From: an uncultured Gammaproteobacteria bacterium
GTDB lineage: Bacteria; Patescibacteriota; Patescibacteriia; Veblenbacterales; UBA10138
Direction: 5' to 3'
DNA length: 64,000 nt
NCBI GenBank assembly: GCA_964348825.1
Contig: CAYGDX010000004.1
Span: 517 to 64,516, forward strand
Shown: positions 38,431 through 48,428 of the stretch, piece after piece
Layout: every line of letters begins with the position of its first letter
How positions within the stretch are numbered: position 1 is the stretch's first letter
The notes under the pieces: model-generated
What the model was told of the DNA's origin: nothing
Database searches by the model: none
What the model saw: the letters and a program-made list of their open reading frames with translations, nothing else
Program-made: the position numbers and the translations under genes

Positions 38431-39411
38431 ATGTCAATCACATCATATAATTTTGCTGATCATGTAATTAATTGTCAGCGTAAACAAGGATCAATTCTTA
38501 TCTGCGGATTAGATCCACAATTAGAGTTAATGCCGCCCTTCCTCTATGAAATGTTTGCTCATATTAAAGATCCATTAGAGCGTGCGGGTTTAGTAATAAC
38601 AGAGTTTAACCGTCAGATTATAGAAGCCGTTACTCCATTTGTTTGTGGTTTTAAACCGCAAGCGGCTTTTTATGAAGGATTTCCAGATAGTTGGTCAGCA
38701 TTACTTAAAACAAGAAAATTTGTTGAGAATACTGGTTTATTTTGTTTGTTAGATTCTAAGCGTGGTGATGGTGGTCCAACTGCTACTGCTTATGCTGGGT
38801 TACTCACAGATGTGCAAGTACCTATGAATGACGAAGGGCGGTTAACTTTTGTTCCTCAACCGGTCTTTAATTTTGACTGTATGACTGTACAGCCAGGAAT
38901 TGATCAAGCTTGGGCCGGGCCATTATTGGAAAAAATTAAACCAGCGGGTAAGGGATTACAATGGGTAGTTAAAACTTCTTTCGATCCTGAGTCGCGGGTT
39001 GAACAATTTATTACTGAAAATGGTTTAACTGTGTGGGAACGACAAGCACAATTTGTGGCAGAATGGTCGCAAGGTACGGAAGGAAAAAATGGTTACCGAA
39101 CTATTGGAGTAGTGCTTGGCGCTACGCGACCAAAAGATGCTGATCGTATGCGAGAAATTTTGCCTAAGAATTTATTCTTGATTCCGGGTTATGGTGCCCA
39201 AGGCGGCGGAGCTGATGATGCTGTACGCTCTTTTAATGCAGATAGATTAGGCGGCATGGTCAATAGCGCACGCGGTATTTTGTACGCGTATCGCAAAGGG
39301 CCATTTGCCTGTGATGAAAAGGACTTTGCAAAAGCCGCTGCCCGTGCTGCTGAAGCCGCTAGAAATGAATTGAATGAGGCGCTTGAAAAACGTATTAAAT
39401 CAATGAATTAG
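38431..39411 (+). CDS. pyrF: Orotidine 5'-phosphate decarboxylase (type 2-like)
   Basis: ICGLDP and DSKRGDGGPTATAYA motifs. AAGGAG RBS 7 nt upstream of the ATG at 38431 (the ORF track starts at 38371). Confidence 0.6.
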   Translation: MSITSYNFADHVINCQRKQGSILICGLDPQLELMPPFLYEMFAHIKDPLERAGLVITEFNRQIIEAVTPFVCGFKPQAAFYEGFPDSWSALLKTRKFVENTGLFCLLDSKRGDGGPTATAYAGLLTDVQVPMNDEGRLTFVPQPVFNFDCMTVQPGIDQAWAGPLLEKIKPAGKGLQWVVKTSFDPESRVEQFITENGLTVWERQAQFVAEWSQGTEGKNGYRTIGVVLGATRPKDADRMREILPKNLFLIPGYGAQGGGADDAVRSFNADRLGGMVNSARGILYAYRKGPFACDEKDFAKAAARAAEAARNELNEALEKRIKSMN

Positions 39412-39426
39412 AAAGAGAGAATAAAA

Positions 39427-40173
39427 ATGAATATGTCAAAAGAAGAATTATTAGAACTTTCGGTCGAAAACGTCCGCAAGCTTTTGAATAATGGTGAATT
39501 AATATCAATAGCCAAAACTTTGGGTGCATTTTGGACTTATGACTACAAAGCACTTGAAGATGGTCGTCCCGGTTTACATGCTCTATTAAAATCAGGTCTC
39601 CATAGTGATGGATTTTTTGTCTCAAAAATTTTACTTGAGCCTACAAATATTAGAGTGGCAATTGCTGAGTTGATGGCTGATAAATTAATAAAATCCGGAC
39701 AATTTGGAAACTATGTTCCCAATTATGTAGTCGGCATACCAGATGGTGCTACCGCACTTGGTTCTATAATAGCTACCGCCTTTAATGCGCAGTTAGTTAA
39801 AATGGAAAAAAGTGAAGGAAAAATAAAAGTGGTTTCATATATTCCGCCCCACGCTAATTTGCTTTTAGTAGAAGATTTTTGTACTCGTGGTACAGGTTTT
39901 CAGGAAGCAGTCTTGGCGGTACTTAATCAACAACCGGAAGTGAAGTTTGTAATGTGTAATCCAGTCATTATCAATCGCGGTGGATTAAGTAGCATCTTCG
40001 TTAATCAAGTTTTTGATAAAGGAGGATCCTTCCAGGTTTTACCTTTAGTTGAAAATAGGATTCAAGATTGGTCAGCCAGTGAATGTCCGCTTTGTCAAAA
40101 ATGGTCAGGGGTTATTAAACCAAAAGCCACTGACCACAACTGGCGATTGATTACAGGATCGCAATCAGTTTAG
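39427..40173 (+). CDS. pyrE: Phosphoribosyltransferase-family protein, probable orotate phosphoribosyltransferase
   Basis: PRPP-binding motif LLLVEDFCTRGTG. Positioned between pyrF and pyrD. Confidence 0.5.
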   Translation: MNMSKEELLELSVENVRKLLNNGELISIAKTLGAFWTYDYKALEDGRPGLHALLKSGLHSDGFFVSKILLEPTNIRVAIAELMADKLIKSGQFGNYVPNYVVGIPDGATALGSIIATAFNAQLVKMEKSEGKIKVVSYIPPHANLLLVEDFCTRGTGFQEAVLAVLNQQPEVKFVMCNPVIINRGGLSSIFVNQVFDKGGSFQVLPLVENRIQDWSASECPLCQKWSGVIKPKATDHNWRLITGSQSV

Positions 40174-40332
40174 TGTTTGGTTAATTATAAAAATATATTC
40201 ACAAAGGGTTTATCGTAACGGTAAGCTCTTTTTTATTTTTATCACTTGCTTTTTTGGGCAATTATGATAAGTTAGTTAAGAATTAAAAAGTAAAAATAAT
40301 TAAAATAGTAATTTTAATAATTAGGAGTATTT

Positions 40333-41247
40333 GTGAGTTTAATAGATTTAACAGTAAATTTGGCTGGAATGGAATTGGAACACCCACTAATGAATGCCGC
40401 CGGTACTTGTAAGGTACTTTTTGGTGACGAAGGTTTGCGTAAGTTAGTTAAAACTCCTTCGGCCGCTGTAATGATTGGATCAGCGACAGTTAAGCAGATT
40501 GCCGGTAATAGTGGTGATGTGTTTTGGACCAGTAAAGATTATTCATTGAATTCTTTAGGGTTACCTAATCCGGGTTTTGATTATTATGCCTCCAATCTAC
40601 CGGAAATGGTAAAATTGGCGCACGGTGCTGGAAAAAAATTATTTTTCAGCATTGCTGGTTTTACACCCAATGAATTTGCAAAACTTGCGATTCTAGCTGT
40701 GCAGTGTAAGGTTGATTTGTTGGAGCTTAATTTAGGTTGCCCCAATTTATGGGAGGGTGCTACTCAGAAACGTATTATTTGTTTTGATCCGCAGCTCGTC
40801 AGTGATGTACTTGATGTAGTTTCGGTTATGACAGATCAATTTCCGGTTACAGTTAAAGTGTCGCCTTACTCTGATCCATTTCTTTTAAAACAAATAGCAG
40901 AAGTGTTAGTTGGTTTTAAAATGGTGCGGGCTGTTACCACAACCAATACCTTTCCCAATAGTTTAGCGCTTGGTGAAGCTGGCAAACCTCGTATTACTCC
41001 GGCCGGTGGATTATCTGGGTTAGGCGGTGCGGCGTTAAAACCGATTGGGTTAGGGCAAGTTAGGCAGTGGCGAGAAGCTTTACCAAAAGAAGTTTCTATT
41101 ATAGGTGTGGGCGGTATAACTTGCGGACGGGATATTTTGGATTACTTGCGGGCTGGTGCAACGGCTGTGCAAGTAGCAACGTCATATTTAGTTGAAGGGC
41201 CAAGAGTTTTTGACCGTCTTTTGACTGAGTATGCAGAACTTGTTTAG
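40333..41247 (+). CDS. pyrD: Dihydroorotate dehydrogenase, class 1
   Basis: NAAGTCK, NLGCPN, GVGGI motifs. GTG start preceded by an AGGAG RBS. Confidence 0.8.
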   Translation: MSLIDLTVNLAGMELEHPLMNAAGTCKVLFGDEGLRKLVKTPSAAVMIGSATVKQIAGNSGDVFWTSKDYSLNSLGLPNPGFDYYASNLPEMVKLAHGAGKKLFFSIAGFTPNEFAKLAILAVQCKVDLLELNLGCPNLWEGATQKRIICFDPQLVSDVLDVVSVMTDQFPVTVKVSPYSDPFLLKQIAEVLVGFKMVRAVTTTNTFPNSLALGEAGKPRITPAGGLSGLGGAALKPIGLGQVRQWREALPKEVSIIGVGGITCGRDILDYLRAGATAVQVATSYLVEGPRVFDRLLTEYAELV

Positions 41248-41280
41248 GTATTTTGCAAAAATAAAAATAATTAACAGTAT

Positions 41281-41325
41281 GGGTCTTGTGTTTTACTATC
41301 AAGACCCATTTTTTATTACTCTTGA
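41281..41325 (+). terminator. Rho-independent terminator (ATGGGTCTTG-loop-CAAGACCCAT-TTTTTATT)
   Basis: 10-bp perfect stem followed by a T-run, downstream of pyrD. Confidence 0.7.
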
Positions 41326-41554
41326 TTTTTTATTCTACTTAGAGTATAATTAATATGTTAACATTTAATTCTGGCTGAAGTAGAGTTGTTTGGTTAAAAG
41401 GCCTTAATTTCCTGGTATTTTCTATCATTCTTGTGTTATTTTTTAAGGAACAAGAAGAAGATTAATTAAATTGCCGCGTTTTGCGGTGTTTTTAAGTTAA
41501 AGGAATAAGCTGGCAACCAAACCGTCTCTTTAGTCGTTAGGGAACGGTTTTTTT

Positions 41555-43078
41555 ATGTCATTTATTGCTTTATTGTTATTAGTTTTAGGATTAGGTTTTG
41601 GTGTGGCCTTAGGGTATTTTTTACGGAAAATGCTGGCGGTGAAGTCGCGTGATGCGGCCGAAGCCGAGGCGGAAAAAATAATGGCCACGGCCAAAAATCA
41701 AGAAAAGGATATTTTAATTCAGGCCAAGGAAAAGGGTTTAAAAATTATTGAAGAGGCCAAACAAGAGGAACAAGAACGCCGTAAAGAAGTACAGCACTTG
41801 CAAGAGCGTTTGGAAAAACGCGAATCAGCCTTTGATCAAAAGATTTTGGAGCTGGAAGGTGTGAAGCAAAAAGCTGAAGAAGAAAAGCTGAAATTTGAAA
41901 CAGCGCGTGAAGAAGTGAAAAAAATTCGCGAAGAGCAAATGCAAAAGCTTGAAAAAATTGCGGGGCTCACGGAAGAAGAAGCCAAGCAAGTGATGTTTAA
42001 TAATTTGGAAGAGCGAATGAAGCAGGAGTTGTTGGTTCGCATTAAAAAATTAGAAGAATCTTCACGTGAAGAAATTGAACGTCGCGCCCGCACGATGATT
42101 GCCTCAGCCATGGAGCGGGTAGCATCTTCTCATGCCACTGAAACTACTACCACCGTTCTAAATTTACCAAGCGACGATATGAAGGGGCGCATTATTGGTA
42201 AAGAGGGGCGCAATATTAAAGCCATTGAACAATTAACTGGGGTGGAAATTATTGTAGATGACACTCCGGGTGTAATTGTTATTTCTGGTTTTAATCCAAT
42301 TCGCCGGCATATTGCTAAAACTGCTTTGGAAAGTTTGTTGGTAGATGGGCGCATTCATCCGGGCCGTATTGAAGAAGCAATTGAAAAAGCTAAACGTGAA
42401 ATCAGTGAAGATATTAGAAAAGCTGGTGAAACTGCAGCTTATGATGTTGGTGTGGCGGCGCTTGATCCACGACTAATTCAAATTTTAGGACGACTTAAAT
42501 TCCGCACCAGTTATGGGCAGAATGTTTTACAGCATTCCAAAGAAGTGGCCATACTTTCTAAAATGTTAGCGGAAGAGCTGGGCGCCAATGTAACGGTTGC
42601 CACCAAGGGTGGGTTACTCCACGATATTGGTAAAGCGGTGGATCATGAAATTCAGGGCTCACACACGGAAATTGGTTATGATATTATGAAGAAATTTGGG
42701 CTACCTGAAGAAGTGGCCTATATTGCCATTGCTCATCATGAAGATGCACCAAAAAGTTTGGAAGGTGTGATAGTAAAAATAGCCGATGCTATTTCGGGGG
42801 CCAGGCCAGGGGCGCGCAAAGATACATTTGAAAATTATTTACAGCGCTTACAAGAATTAGAAAATGTGGCCACTAGTTTTGAAGGTATTGATAAGGCCTA
42901 CGCCATACAAGCTGGTCGCGAAGTAAGAGTATTTGTGACACCTGAAAAATTAGATGATTATGCATCTACTAAACTGGCACGAGATATTGCCGATAAAATT
43001 GAGCAAGAACTTAAGTATCCGGGTGAAATTAAAGTGTGTGTGATTAGAGAGCGAAGGGTGATTGAGTACGCACGTTAG
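41555..43078 (+). CDS. rny: Ribonuclease Y
   Basis: N-terminal TM helix, coiled coil, KH domain (GRIIGKEGRNIKAIE), HD domain (LLHDIGKA). Confidence 0.9.
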   Translation: MSFIALLLLVLGLGFGVALGYFLRKMLAVKSRDAAEAEAEKIMATAKNQEKDILIQAKEKGLKIIEEAKQEEQERRKEVQHLQERLEKRESAFDQKILELEGVKQKAEEEKLKFETAREEVKKIREEQMQKLEKIAGLTEEEAKQVMFNNLEERMKQELLVRIKKLEESSREEIERRARTMIASAMERVASSHATETTTTVLNLPSDDMKGRIIGKEGRNIKAIEQLTGVEIIVDDTPGVIVISGFNPIRRHIAKTALESLLVDGRIHPGRIEEAIEKAKREISEDIRKAGETAAYDVGVAALDPRLIQILGRLKFRTSYGQNVLQHSKEVAILSKMLAEELGANVTVATKGGLLHDIGKAVDHEIQGSHTEIGYDIMKKFGLPEEVAYIAIAHHEDAPKSLEGVIVKIADAISGARPGARKDTFENYLQRLQELENVATSFEGIDKAYAIQAGREVRVFVTPEKLDDYASTKLARDIADKIEQELKYPGEIKVCVIRERRVIEYAR

Positions 43079-43324
43079 TAGTGGGAAGTGTGTATGATGT
43101 AGTCAATCATCACTCCCGTATTAGTGGAAATGCATAGAAATTAAATGTCTAATATCTAATCACTAATTTCTAAAAATGACTAATATCTAATACTTAAATT
43201 TAGTTATTAGAGATTTGAATTTTTTAGAAATTAGAAATTAGTCATTAGTTATTTTTACCTTTTACTTTTGTTAATTATTTTTTTAATGTTCTGATGCTTA
43301 AATGTTCTAGTGTTTGAATAATTT

Positions 43325-44128
43325 ATGAAGTTAATGTTCTTCGGTGACATTATCGGCCGCGCGGGGCGCCGGGCCATAGCGCAAGTATTACCTGATTGGC
43401 AAAAAACTTATCAGCCAGATTTTATAATTGGCAATACTGATAATTTAGCGCACGGTAAAGGTGTTACTAAAAAAGTTTTAGAAGAAATGATGAGCATGGG
43501 CTTTAATGGTTTTACGGCCGGTGACCATGCTTTTGATAATGGGGTAGCCAGCGAAGTTTTTGCCGATGATAAATATCCAATTGCTCGGCCCGCTAATTTT
43601 GAAGCCAGTGCAATGGGGCGCGGCTTCTTTCGATTACCAGGCGGCAGTAGGGGCGATTTATTAATTATTAATTTAATGGGACAAGTTTTTTTGAAAGAAC
43701 CATACACTTCACCCTTCACAGCAATCGATGAAATTTTAGCTACTGAAAAAACCAAAGGTAATTTAGTGGGAGTGTTGGTCGATTTGCATGCCGAAGCGAC
43801 TAGTGAAAAAATTGCTTTTGGTTGGTATGTTGATGGTAGGGTAACTGCCGTAATTGGTACTCATACTCACGTACCAACAGCTGATGAATGGATTATGCCA
43901 CAAGGCACTGCTTATTTAACCGATGCGGGTATGATTGGGGTACGTGAGAGTGTAATTGGTGTTAAAAAAGAACAAAGTTTACAAAGATTTTTAACTAGTG
44001 AGCAAGTGCGTCTTGAACCAGTGGAAGAGGGTGAAGTTTTGGTTTGTGCCGTACTCATAGAATTTGATCCGGCTACCATGAAGGCACAAAAAATTGAGCG
44101 CTTGGTTCAAGCCGTGACAATTATTTAG
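43325..44128 (+). CDS. ymdB: YmdB-family metallophosphoesterase (2',3'-cyclic nucleotide phosphodiesterase-like)
   Basis: MKLMFFGDIIGRAGR...GDHAFDNG. Conserved rny-ymdB synteny. Confidence 0.8.
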   Translation: MKLMFFGDIIGRAGRRAIAQVLPDWQKTYQPDFIIGNTDNLAHGKGVTKKVLEEMMSMGFNGFTAGDHAFDNGVASEVFADDKYPIARPANFEASAMGRGFFRLPGGSRGDLLIINLMGQVFLKEPYTSPFTAIDEILATEKTKGNLVGVLVDLHAEATSEKIAFGWYVDGRVTAVIGTHTHVPTADEWIMPQGTAYLTDAGMIGVRESVIGVKKEQSLQRFLTSEQVRLEPVEEGEVLVCAVLIEFDPATMKAQKIERLVQAVTII

Positions 44129-44201
44129 TAGTTTGCTATCATGCTTTTGAAGGTTATTTAATCATCTTCACCTCTAAACATTAAGACCAGAGGACAATTT
44201 T

Positions 44202-44501
44202 ATGAATAAAGCCGAATTAATTGAAAATTTATCAACTAGCGCTTCATTATCCAAAAAGCAAGTGGAAGATTTGCTTGATAGTTTTGTGAATTTGGTGCAA
44301 ACCACACTAAAAGCTGGTAATGAGGTAACGATTGCTGGTTTTGGTACATTTTTAGCTCGTCATCGTAGTGCGCGGATGGGTGTGAATCCACAAAATCCAA
44401 CTGAGAAAATTCAGATTCCAGAAGTAATCGTGCCGAAGTTTAAAGCTGGTAAGGGGCTGAAGGACGCGTTGAAGGGGCAAGGTAATAATGTGGCGCAGTA
44501 G
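44202..44501 (+). CDS. hup: HU-family DNA-binding protein
   Basis: MNKAELIE...GFGTF..R.R.ARMGVNPQNPTEKIQIPE matches the HU/IHF signature. Confidence 0.9.
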   Translation: MNKAELIENLSTSASLSKKQVEDLLDSFVNLVQTTLKAGNEVTIAGFGTFLARHRSARMGVNPQNPTEKIQIPEVIVPKFKAGKGLKDALKGQGNNVAQ

Positions 44502-44676
44502 TTGTCATTGCGAGGAGCGAGTGAGGCGAGCGACGTGGTAATCTCTTAAAAATCCCAAGATCCAAATCCCAATAAAATCCAAATTTCTAAAATCCAAAAT
44601 TATGAAACTCATTGGATTTTAATATTTGGATTTTTGTATATTTAGGTTGGAAATGTTTTAATGTTATAATGTTATT

Positions 44677-47649
44677 ATGAAAGAATTACCCAAGGCCTAT
44701 GAAGCCAAACAATACGAGAATTCAATTTACAAGATTTGGGAAGAATCCGGCTTTTTTAATCCTGACAATTTACCGGGAAATGGTGAGTCGTTTACTATTA
44801 GCATGCCACCCGCTAACGTGACTGGTGTCTTACACATAGGGCATGCCACTTTTGTTACTCTGCAAGATTTAATGGTTAGATTTGCTAGAATGCAGGGTAA
44901 AAAGGCGTTGTGGTTGCCTGGCACAGACCATGCCTCCATTGCTACTCAGAATATTGTGGAGAAAAAAATATGGGAGGAAGATAAAAAAACTCGTTTTGAT
45001 TTTAGTCGCGAAAAATTTATCGAAATTGTATCTAATTTCGCTGAAAAATCACAAGTCGTTATAAAAAGTCAAATACGGTCTTTAGGTGCTTCATGTGATT
45101 GGTCACGCGAGCGTTACACTTTGGATACTGGTTTGACCAAATCAGTGAATGAGGCCTTTATTAGGTTGTATAATAATGGTTTGATTTATCGTGGAAAGAG
45201 AATGGTAAATTGGTGCACGCGATGTGGTACTACTTTGGCAGATGATGAGGTTGAATACAAAGAATCAATTAATAAATTTTATTATTTAAAATACGGCCCG
45301 CTTATAATTGGTACGGCCCGTCCAGAAACTAAGGTGCTTGATAAAGTGGCAATTGTGCATCCAGATGATGAGCGTTATAAACAGTATGTCGGTCGTGAAT
45401 TTACGATTCCTTGGATTTTGGGTGACATAAAAATAAAGGTGGTGGCAGATAAGATGGCAGAAATAGAAACTGGCACAGGTGCAATGAGTATTACCCCAGC
45501 CCATAGTTTTGTGGATTTTGAATTGGCTCAAAAGTACGACTTTGAAATAGTAGATATTATTGGTCCAGATGGTAAGTTAACTGGTAATACTGGTAGATTT
45601 TCTGGGTTAAAAGCAAAAGAAGCACGGGTGGCAATTATAGAGGAGTTGCAAGCTAAGGGCTTAGTAGATCGTATTGATGAAAATTATAAGCACAATTTGT
45701 CAATTTGTTATCGTTGCGGTATGCCAATTGAGCCAATGCCACTAGAACAGTGGTTTGTGGCGGTAGATAAGCCTTTTAAAATGGGTTGGTTTAAAAAAAC
45801 CACATTAAAAAAGTTAGCACTTGAAGCTGTGCGCAGTGGGCAGATAAAAATTATTCCGGAAAAGTTTGAGAAAGTTTATTATAATTGGATGGAAAATTTG
45901 CATGATTGGTGTATTTCGCGCCAGATTTGGTTTGGACATAGAATTCCGGTGTGGTACCGAGAAAAAGTCAGGAAGTCAGGAAGTCAGGAAGTTAAAGATG
46001 ATTTAAATAATAAAGAAGTTTTTGTTGGCGCTGAAAAACCAGAGGAGAAAACGAACTTTGTTTTCTTGCATGGCTTTTACGCAACTTTAGAAGTGAAAGA
46101 TCCACTTAAATGGTTATACGAACAGTTACCAGGGGCAAATAATTTTTGGTCTTTGCTTCCCGGTTATGATAAATCTGGTTCGAAGGAGGTCCAAATAAAA
46201 TACGTGCTTGATCATGCCACAATAGATGAGAATACAGTAATTGTTACGCACTCACGTGGCGGTAAACTGGCTATGAAGCTTCTAGAAGAAACAGGTAGGC
46301 AGGTAAAGGGATTAGTTTTAATCGTAGCTGGTATTGGCGGTAGAAAAATAGAAGTTCCTGATTCTGGTGAATATGATAGCTTTGATTTTAAAAAAATAAA
46401 GTCATTAGTAAAAACACAGATAGTTTTATTTGAAGCCACTGAGGATCATGTGCGTGCACCCGAGGCATATCAAACTTTAGCGCGTGAGCTTAATGCAAAA
46501 CATATTAAAGCTGAGAAATCCGCCTCTCATTATAATCAAGCAGAAGCCTCAGAAGTATTAGAAGAATTAAAAAAATTTATTTGGGTTCAGGATCCAGATA
46601 CTTTAGATACTTGGTTTTCTTCTTCACTTTGGACATTTTCCACTCTAGGTTGGCCTGATCAAACTATTGATTTAAAAACTTTTCACCCCACGGAAGTTTT
46701 GGAAACTAGCTATGATATTTTGTTTTTTTGGGTGGCAAGAATGATATTAATGTCTAAATACTTATTGCGACAAGTTCCCTTTAAGACAGTTTATTTACAT
46801 GGTTTAGTGCGCGATAAGCAGGGGCGCAAGATGTCTAAATCGCTTGGCAATGGAATTGATCCTTTGTTGATGATTGGTAAATATGGAGCTGATGCAACTA
46901 GATTAGCTTTAATGATAGGAACCACACCGGGAAATGATGTTCGAATGTATGAAGAAAAAATTGCCGGTTATCGCAATTTTATAAATAAGCTTTGGAATAT
47001 CTCACGCTTTATTTTAATGAATGTAACCGAGGTAAAGCTTTCGGAGGTAGCACCTACACCAGTAACCACAGCTGATCGTTGGATTTTGTCACGCTTATCA
47101 AAAATTACAAAGGAGGTCACTGAGCATATTGAAAAATTTGAATTTTCTCCAGCAGGTGAAAAGCTCTATGATTTCACTTGGCACGAACTCGCGGATTGGT
47201 ATGTGGAAATTGCAAAAATTGAAGGCGGTAAAGACGCGATGCTTAGTTGGTGCTTACAAACGATACTTAAATTATGGCATCCTTTTACGCCATTTGTAAC
47301 CGAGGTATTGTGGGGTGAGATATTTAATACAGGAAAGATGTTAATGGTAGAATTTTGGCCAAAAATTGTTGGACAAATAGATGAAAAAGCGGAAGCGGAA
47401 ATAAAAATGGTTCAAGAAATTGTGACTGTGATTAGGAATTTTAGATCGGAGAATAAAGTTTTACCAGATAGTATACTCAACTGTACTGTATCCGTTAAAA
47501 ATAAGGACGGATTGTCAGATACGGAAATAATGTTGATTGAAGGTTTACGTACAAAAGTGAAGGTTTTACATAATATTACTGAATCAAGTATTGAAATTAA
47601 AGTAGGTGATTACATTATTAATTTTAGCGAGGCATTGACAGATTTATAG
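44677..47649 (+). CDS. valS: Valyl-tRNA synthetase carrying an in-frame ~210-aa inserted YdeN/RBBP9-type alpha/beta serine hydrolase domain (approx. nt 45958-46590)
   Basis: HIGH (LHIGHA), editing domain, KMSKS. Between GHRIPVWY and DPDTLDTWFSS lies FVFLHGFYATL...LKWLYEQL...VIVTHSRGGKLAMKLL...VKGLVLIVAG...IVLFEATEDHVRAPE...SASHYN, which matches the YdeN/RBBP9 hydrolase family. Confidence 0.85.
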   Translation: MKELPKAYEAKQYENSIYKIWEESGFFNPDNLPGNGESFTISMPPANVTGVLHIGHATFVTLQDLMVRFARMQGKKALWLPGTDHASIATQNIVEKKIWEEDKKTRFDFSREKFIEIVSNFAEKSQVVIKSQIRSLGASCDWSRERYTLDTGLTKSVNEAFIRLYNNGLIYRGKRMVNWCTRCGTTLADDEVEYKESINKFYYLKYGPLIIGTARPETKVLDKVAIVHPDDERYKQYVGREFTIPWILGDIKIKVVADKMAEIETGTGAMSITPAHSFVDFELAQKYDFEIVDIIGPDGKLTGNTGRFSGLKAKEARVAIIEELQAKGLVDRIDENYKHNLSICYRCGMPIEPMPLEQWFVAVDKPFKMGWFKKTTLKKLALEAVRSGQIKIIPEKFEKVYYNWMENLHDWCISRQIWFGHRIPVWYREKVRKSGSQEVKDDLNNKEVFVGAEKPEEKTNFVFLHGFYATLEVKDPLKWLYEQLPGANNFWSLLPGYDKSGSKEVQIKYVLDHATIDENTVIVTHSRGGKLAMKLLEETGRQVKGLVLIVAGIGGRKIEVPDSGEYDSFDFKKIKSLVKTQIVLFEATEDHVRAPEAYQTLARELNAKHIKAEKSASHYNQAEASEVLEELKKFIWVQDPDTLDTWFSSSLWTFSTLGWPDQTIDLKTFHPTEVLETSYDILFFWVARMILMSKYLLRQVPFKTVYLHGLVRDKQGRKMSKSLGNGIDPLLMIGKYGADATRLALMIGTTPGNDVRMYEEKIAGYRNFINKLWNISRFILMNVTEVKLSEVAPTPVTTADRWILSRLSKITKEVTEHIEKFEFSPAGEKLYDFTWHELADWYVEIAKIEGGKDAMLSWCLQTILKLWHPFTPFVTEVLWGEIFNTGKMLMVEFWPKIVGQIDEKAEAEIKMVQEIVTVIRNFRSENKVLPDSILNCTVSVKNKDGLSDTEIMLIEGLRTKVKVLHNITESSIEIKVGDYIINFSEALTDL

Positions 47650-47715
47650 GTTTATGCTAAACTATTTATCCAAATAAACCTCTACAAAATAAAACTATAA
47701 CTTGAGGAGTTAAAT

Positions 47716-47940
47716 TTGAAACAAAAAACTGCGGAAACTATCTTAAAAGAAAATATACACGCATGGGGAGAAGAGAAGAAAGTTTTTTTTGCCTCTCAAG
47801 AAGAGATAATAATCTTATTTTCTGAGGGCGCAACTGTGATTCTTTTGAACCATGATAATGGTGATGGTACTTATAATCACGAACTTTCGTACAATGGTTA
47901 CATGTTTAAATGTTCAACCTCAATATTAATTGAAAAATGA
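47716..47940 (+). CDS. Hypothetical small protein (74 aa)
   Basis: Intact ORF followed by a terminator. Confidence 0.3.
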   Translation: MKQKTAETILKENIHAWGEEKKVFFASQEEIIILFSEGATVILLNHDNGDGTYNHELSYNGYMFKCSTSILIEK

Positions 47941-47985
47941 AGACCAGTTAAGAATAACAAGTCTTCATTTATTTTTTTATATAGT
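47937..47985 (+). terminator. Rho-independent terminator (ATGAAGAC-loop-GTCTTCAT-TTATTTTTTT)
   Basis: 8-bp stem plus a T-run. Confidence 0.65.
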
Positions 47986-47991
47986 AATAAA

Positions 47992-48399
47992 TTAATCTTC
48001 AGAAGAGATATCGCCAACAAATTCATGGGCGAATCTGTTAATTTTCATTGCTAATTCCTCTTTCATACTACTCCGACTTTGGCCGAATATCATAATAGCA
48101 ATTTGGTTATGTAATTCACGTTGTTCATGATCAGAAATTTCATCTTGTTTTATAGGTAGAGTTTTATTAGTGTCTAATGAGTGATAATTTTCAGGGTCTC
48201 TTTCCTCGGGAAGAATATCTCTTTTTGATTGACGCGTTTTAATCATTACGACATATCGTTTGCAAGTATCATATAATCTTTGATTTGCTATCGTGCCGGC
48301 GGTTGGTGGTTTGTCTGGGAATCGATAACGCTTCCACAACGATGCAAGAAGTAGATTTTGGATTTCCTCTGGGTTAATAGATTGTTCAGATTTGTGCAT
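47992..48399 (-). CDS. Hypothetical protein (135 aa)
   Basis: Intact ORF only. Confidence 0.3.
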   Translation of the reverse strand: MHKSEQSINPEEIQNLLLASLWKRYRFPDKPPTAGTIANQRLYDTCKRYVVMIKTRQSKRDILPEERDPENYHSLDTNKTLPIKQDEISDHEQRELHNQIAIMIFGQSRSSMKEELAMKINRFAHEFVGDISSED

Positions 48400-48428
48400 A
48401 AGTTAAAATTTAATTATTTTTTTAATAA

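Noticed and set aside
45958-46590. Possible intein in valS
   Set aside because: The inserted segment does not start with Cys/Ser or end with His-Asn, and it has no Hint/LAGLIDADG blocks. It matches an alpha/beta serine hydrolase (YdeN/RBBP9) instead.
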